NCBI GenBank assembly: GCA_040768985.1
Contig: JAXGLX010000002.1
Location: 1,856,637 to 1,920,636, forward strand
Direction: 5' to 3'
DNA length: 64,000 nucleotides
Source: Acidobacteriota bacterium
Lineage (GTDB): Bacteria; Acidobacteriota; JAAYUB01
This document shows positions 61,555-64,000 of the stretch, in pieces. The notes under the pieces are model-generated. The model did not search any database, had not been told where the DNA came from, and was given only the letters and a program-made list of their open reading frames with translations. The translations under genes were made by a program, and so were the position numbers. Each line of letters opens with the position of its first letter. Positions within the stretch are counted from its first letter, which is position 1.

Positions 61555-61800
61555 GTATGGTGACGATTACGATTACGAATGACGATTACGAGCACGACAC
61601 TCGATATCCGAATTCCGATGTCCGATGTCCGATGTCCACGTTACGGGACGAGTATCGAGCCTCGATTACGATCACGATTACGATTACGATTACGATTACG
61701 ATTACGAATTACGAGCACGAATCACGCCCCCGCCGCCCCCCTCCTCACTCCTATCTCCTAACTCCTCACTGTTTACTATTTACTGTTCACTGTTCACTCC
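61555..61800. repeat. Modular repeat array
   Basis: (CGATTA)n, (CCGATGT)n, (CTCCTAW)n, (TCACTGT)n. Confidence 0.9.
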
Positions 61801-61819
61801 CACAGGCGGGACGCCTGCG

Positions 61820-62005
61820 CTACAGCCAGCGCCAGTCGTGGTGGGTGAAGAGGTACCAGATGACGTAGATCCAGCCCAGCAGCCCGTGCAGCAGCACCCA
61901 CAGGATCGACTTGTTCGCCGTCCACGACATCACCATGGCCAGCGCCGCCCCGAATCCCAGCCCCGATCCGGCCAGGGCGCAGCCCCGCCCTTCTCGTTCC
62001 GCCAT
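61820..62005 (-). CDS. Small membrane protein
   Basis: AGGAGG RBS; GFGAALAMVMSW..NKSILW..LHG..GWIYVIWY. Confidence 0.75.
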   Translation of the reverse strand: MAEREGRGCALAGSGLGFGAALAMVMSWTANKSILWVLLHGLLGWIYVIWYLFTHHDWRWL

Positions 62006-62149
62006 CGCGCCTACCTCCTGATCTGAATGGACCGGCATTCGCCGCGCGGTGACACCGGTGTCAGTCCCCCTGTTTGCCCTTCGCGGGGGGGATATCGGGC
62101 GCGCGCCGCCAACGGGCACATTTCCCGCCGGCGGCGCGCCCTTCGGCAT

Positions 62150-62560
62150 CTATTCGGGCTTGGAGCCGCAACCGCTCCGGCTGGGGCACTGGCTGCAGTC
62201 CGGCTTGGCGGCGGTCTTCCCCTCGGCGGGAACCACCTTCTCCAGCTTCGCGGCGGGGGTCACCGGGGCCAGAGCTTTCAGGATCTCGTCGGGATTGGTC
62301 TTGGCCGTTTCGAAGGTGACCGCGTACTGGCTCTTTTCCTTGTCCACCTTGGCGGCGACGATACCGGTCTTCTCGGCCAGCGCCTTGGACAGCGCCTTCA
62401 CCGTGGCCACCTGGTCCAGACCGGGCACCGCGAACACGGCGGTTTCCTGGGCGACCGCCGGCTTGGCGGCGGGCGTGGCCGTCGTGTCGGCAGCCAGCAG
62501 GCCGCCGGCGACTGCGCCTACCAGAACGGCAAGCACCATGAGTCTAGTCAGCTTCATCAT
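62150..62560 (-). CDS. Secreted HMA-like domain protein
   Basis: Ferredoxin-like HMA pattern without CxxC; C-terminal CSQCPSRSGC. Confidence 0.6.
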   Translation of the reverse strand: MMKLTRLMVLAVLVGAVAGGLLAADTTATPAAKPAVAQETAVFAVPGLDQVATVKALSKALAEKTGIVAAKVDKEKSQYAVTFETAKTNPDEILKALAPVTPAAKLEKVVPAEGKTAAKPDCSQCPSRSGCGSKPE

Positions 62561-62598
62561 GTCCGCAATCCTCCACATGTATGGTTTATGGGTCTCAA

Positions 62599-63024
62599 TC
62601 ACTTTCCTGTCGCCGGAATCTGATCCCGGGGGATTCCATCCACTTCGACCACACGGTAGACGCCAAACGCCACTTCGCCGGTCTCTTCGTTGTACACCGG
62701 GCTCTCGATGGCCTGGATAATCGCGGCCGGGTCGGTCCGAGTTGGGTCATAGGTCACCTCGGCCCGGTTGCGCGAGGCGAACGCTTCGAATCGTATGATG
62801 CCGGGCGCGCCTTCAAGTTGCACGGCGGCACGCTCGGCGGTATCCACGCAGCGGAGCCCCTCGACCAGCAGGACGGTGGTCCGTTGCCCGGCGGCGCCCG
62901 CCGCCGCGGCGGCGGGCTGAAAATCGCGGGTATAGCTGGGCACGGCCACGAGGCTCGCCGAACCGATTCCGAACAGCGCCAGCACGAGCACAGCCGTGGG
63001 GATCCACCAGGGCGACACTCTCAT
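62599..63024 (-). CDS. HMA-like domain protein
   Basis: VEGLRCVDTA, AEVTYDP; ATG overlaps the upstream stop. Confidence 0.7.
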   Translation of the reverse strand: MRVSPWWIPTAVLVLALFGIGSASLVAVPSYTRDFQPAAAAAGAAGQRTTVLLVEGLRCVDTAERAAVQLEGAPGIIRFEAFASRNRAEVTYDPTRTDPAAIIQAIESPVYNEETGEVAFGVYRVVEVDGIPRDQIPATGK

Positions 63025-63833
63025 CGCCGCACCCCCTCGAGGCGCAGCTCCAGGGCTCCGGCGGCCGGGCAGGCGTGCACGCACTCCAGGCACAGGGTGC
63101 ACTCGCCCGAGCGTACCTGGTCCACTCCGGACACGTCCAGCGAGTGGGGACAGGCCCGGTCGCACGCTCCGCAGCGGGTGCAGGCCGCCTCGGACCGCGC
63201 CAGGCGCATCCGGCCCACCGCCGCCAGCGGCCAGAGCGCCGCGCCGAGCGGGCACAGGTAGCGGCACCAGGCCATGGGCACCAGCAGCGCCGCCGCCAGC
63301 AGCCCCGCCAGCACGGCGTAGCTCCACGGCATCACGTCGTGGCCGTGGAAGCTGAACAGGATGTAGTAGGGGTCATACCCCCGGAAGATCAGCTCCCCGG
63401 TCCGATAGGTGAAGTACAGGATCAGGAGGAGGACCGGCACCCGCAGGAGGCGGAGCCAGCGGTCCGCCGCGCGGGGAGGCTCCAGGCACTGCCGGTACCC
63501 GCCGCCGGGAGAGCGCCCGCTCCGCCGGAAGATGCGCCGGCCCAGGGCGGCCAGACCCTCGCTGACGGTGCCGAACGGGCACACCCAGGCGCAGAATGAC
63601 TTGCGCGCCAGCAAAGTCAATCCCAACAGGGCCAGGAACAGGGTCAGGTTCAGCTCGCCCGCGGCGCAGCTGAACCGCTGGTTGGTGAGGAAGGCGTACA
63701 GCGTTTCGAGTCCGCCAAAGGGGCAGTATTTTTCCACGCTCGTCAGGGACCAGCCCATGGCGAAACGCCAACCGGTCACGACGGCGGCCACGACGATCGC
63801 GATCTGGAAAACACGGCGGGTCAGTTTCAGCAT
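63021..63833 (-). CDS. Membrane 4Fe-4S binding protein (NapH/MauN-like)
   Basis: CPFGG, FCAWVCPFG, WCRYLCPLG, CTRCGACDRACP, CTLCLECVHACP. Confidence 0.9.
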   Translation of the reverse strand: MLKLTRRVFQIAIVVAAVVTGWRFAMGWSLTSVEKYCPFGGLETLYAFLTNQRFSCAAGELNLTLFLALLGLTLLARKSFCAWVCPFGTVSEGLAALGRRIFRRSGRSPGGGYRQCLEPPRAADRWLRLLRVPVLLLILYFTYRTGELIFRGYDPYYILFSFHGHDVMPWSYAVLAGLLAAALLVPMAWCRYLCPLGAALWPLAAVGRMRLARSEAACTRCGACDRACPHSLDVSGVDQVRSGECTLCLECVHACPAAGALELRLEGVRR

Positions 63834-63905
63834 TTTCGGTCCACTGAACCGGCTGTCAGGCACCGGCGAAATGAACCGAAACCGTACCATCCGGCATTCA
63901 CTTCG

Positions 63906-64000
63906 TCAAGTGATTTCGGGCGTTTCCAGCGGCACTTCCCGAATCCCGCCTGCCGCGTCCAGCTCGAACACCGCCAGGGCGCCGGGACCGTCCCCCACCT
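63906..64000 (-). CDS. 3' end of a gene entering from outside the window
   Basis: Open frame ...ALAVFELDAAGGIREVPLETPEIT* with high-GC codon usage. Confidence 0.45.
   Translation of the reverse strand, partial: VGDGPGALAVFELDAAGGIREVPLETPEIT

Noticed and set aside
1-64000. rRNA, tRNA, prophage or known defence systems
   Set aside because: None recognised by eye; a covariance-model search was not possible.

Overview
High-GC bacterial chromosomal window, probably Acidobacteriota-like (inference from gene content). Core content: M20 dipeptidase, S9 dipeptidyl peptidase, GH35 beta-galactosidase, a complete mrpABCDEFG operon, a Ser/Thr kinase, pxpB-pxpC-MFS-pxpA, a ClpP-like protein with a radical SAM/SPASM enzyme, a C39 peptidase, a BLUF protein, two paralogous secreted HEAT-repeat proteins, DUF362, a divergent GH81-like protein and a 4Fe-4S/HMA cluster. 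A low-GC island (~9.5-14.4 kb) is interrupted by an intact ISL3, and there are two decayed IS481-like elements. The best novelty candidate is a putative single-strand/rolling-circle mobile element (2502-4222). It encodes a 520-aa protein with Rep_trans-like motifs and a C-terminal winged helix, and has dissimilar hairpin ends and no target duplication. Two non-autonomous copies with the same ends lie at 1885-2292 and 43953-44405. All three insert 3' of CGT(A/G)ATC within a pervasive family of modular intergenic 6-8-mer repeat arrays, which other IS elements also occupy. All family assignments come from motif recognition by eye, not database searches.
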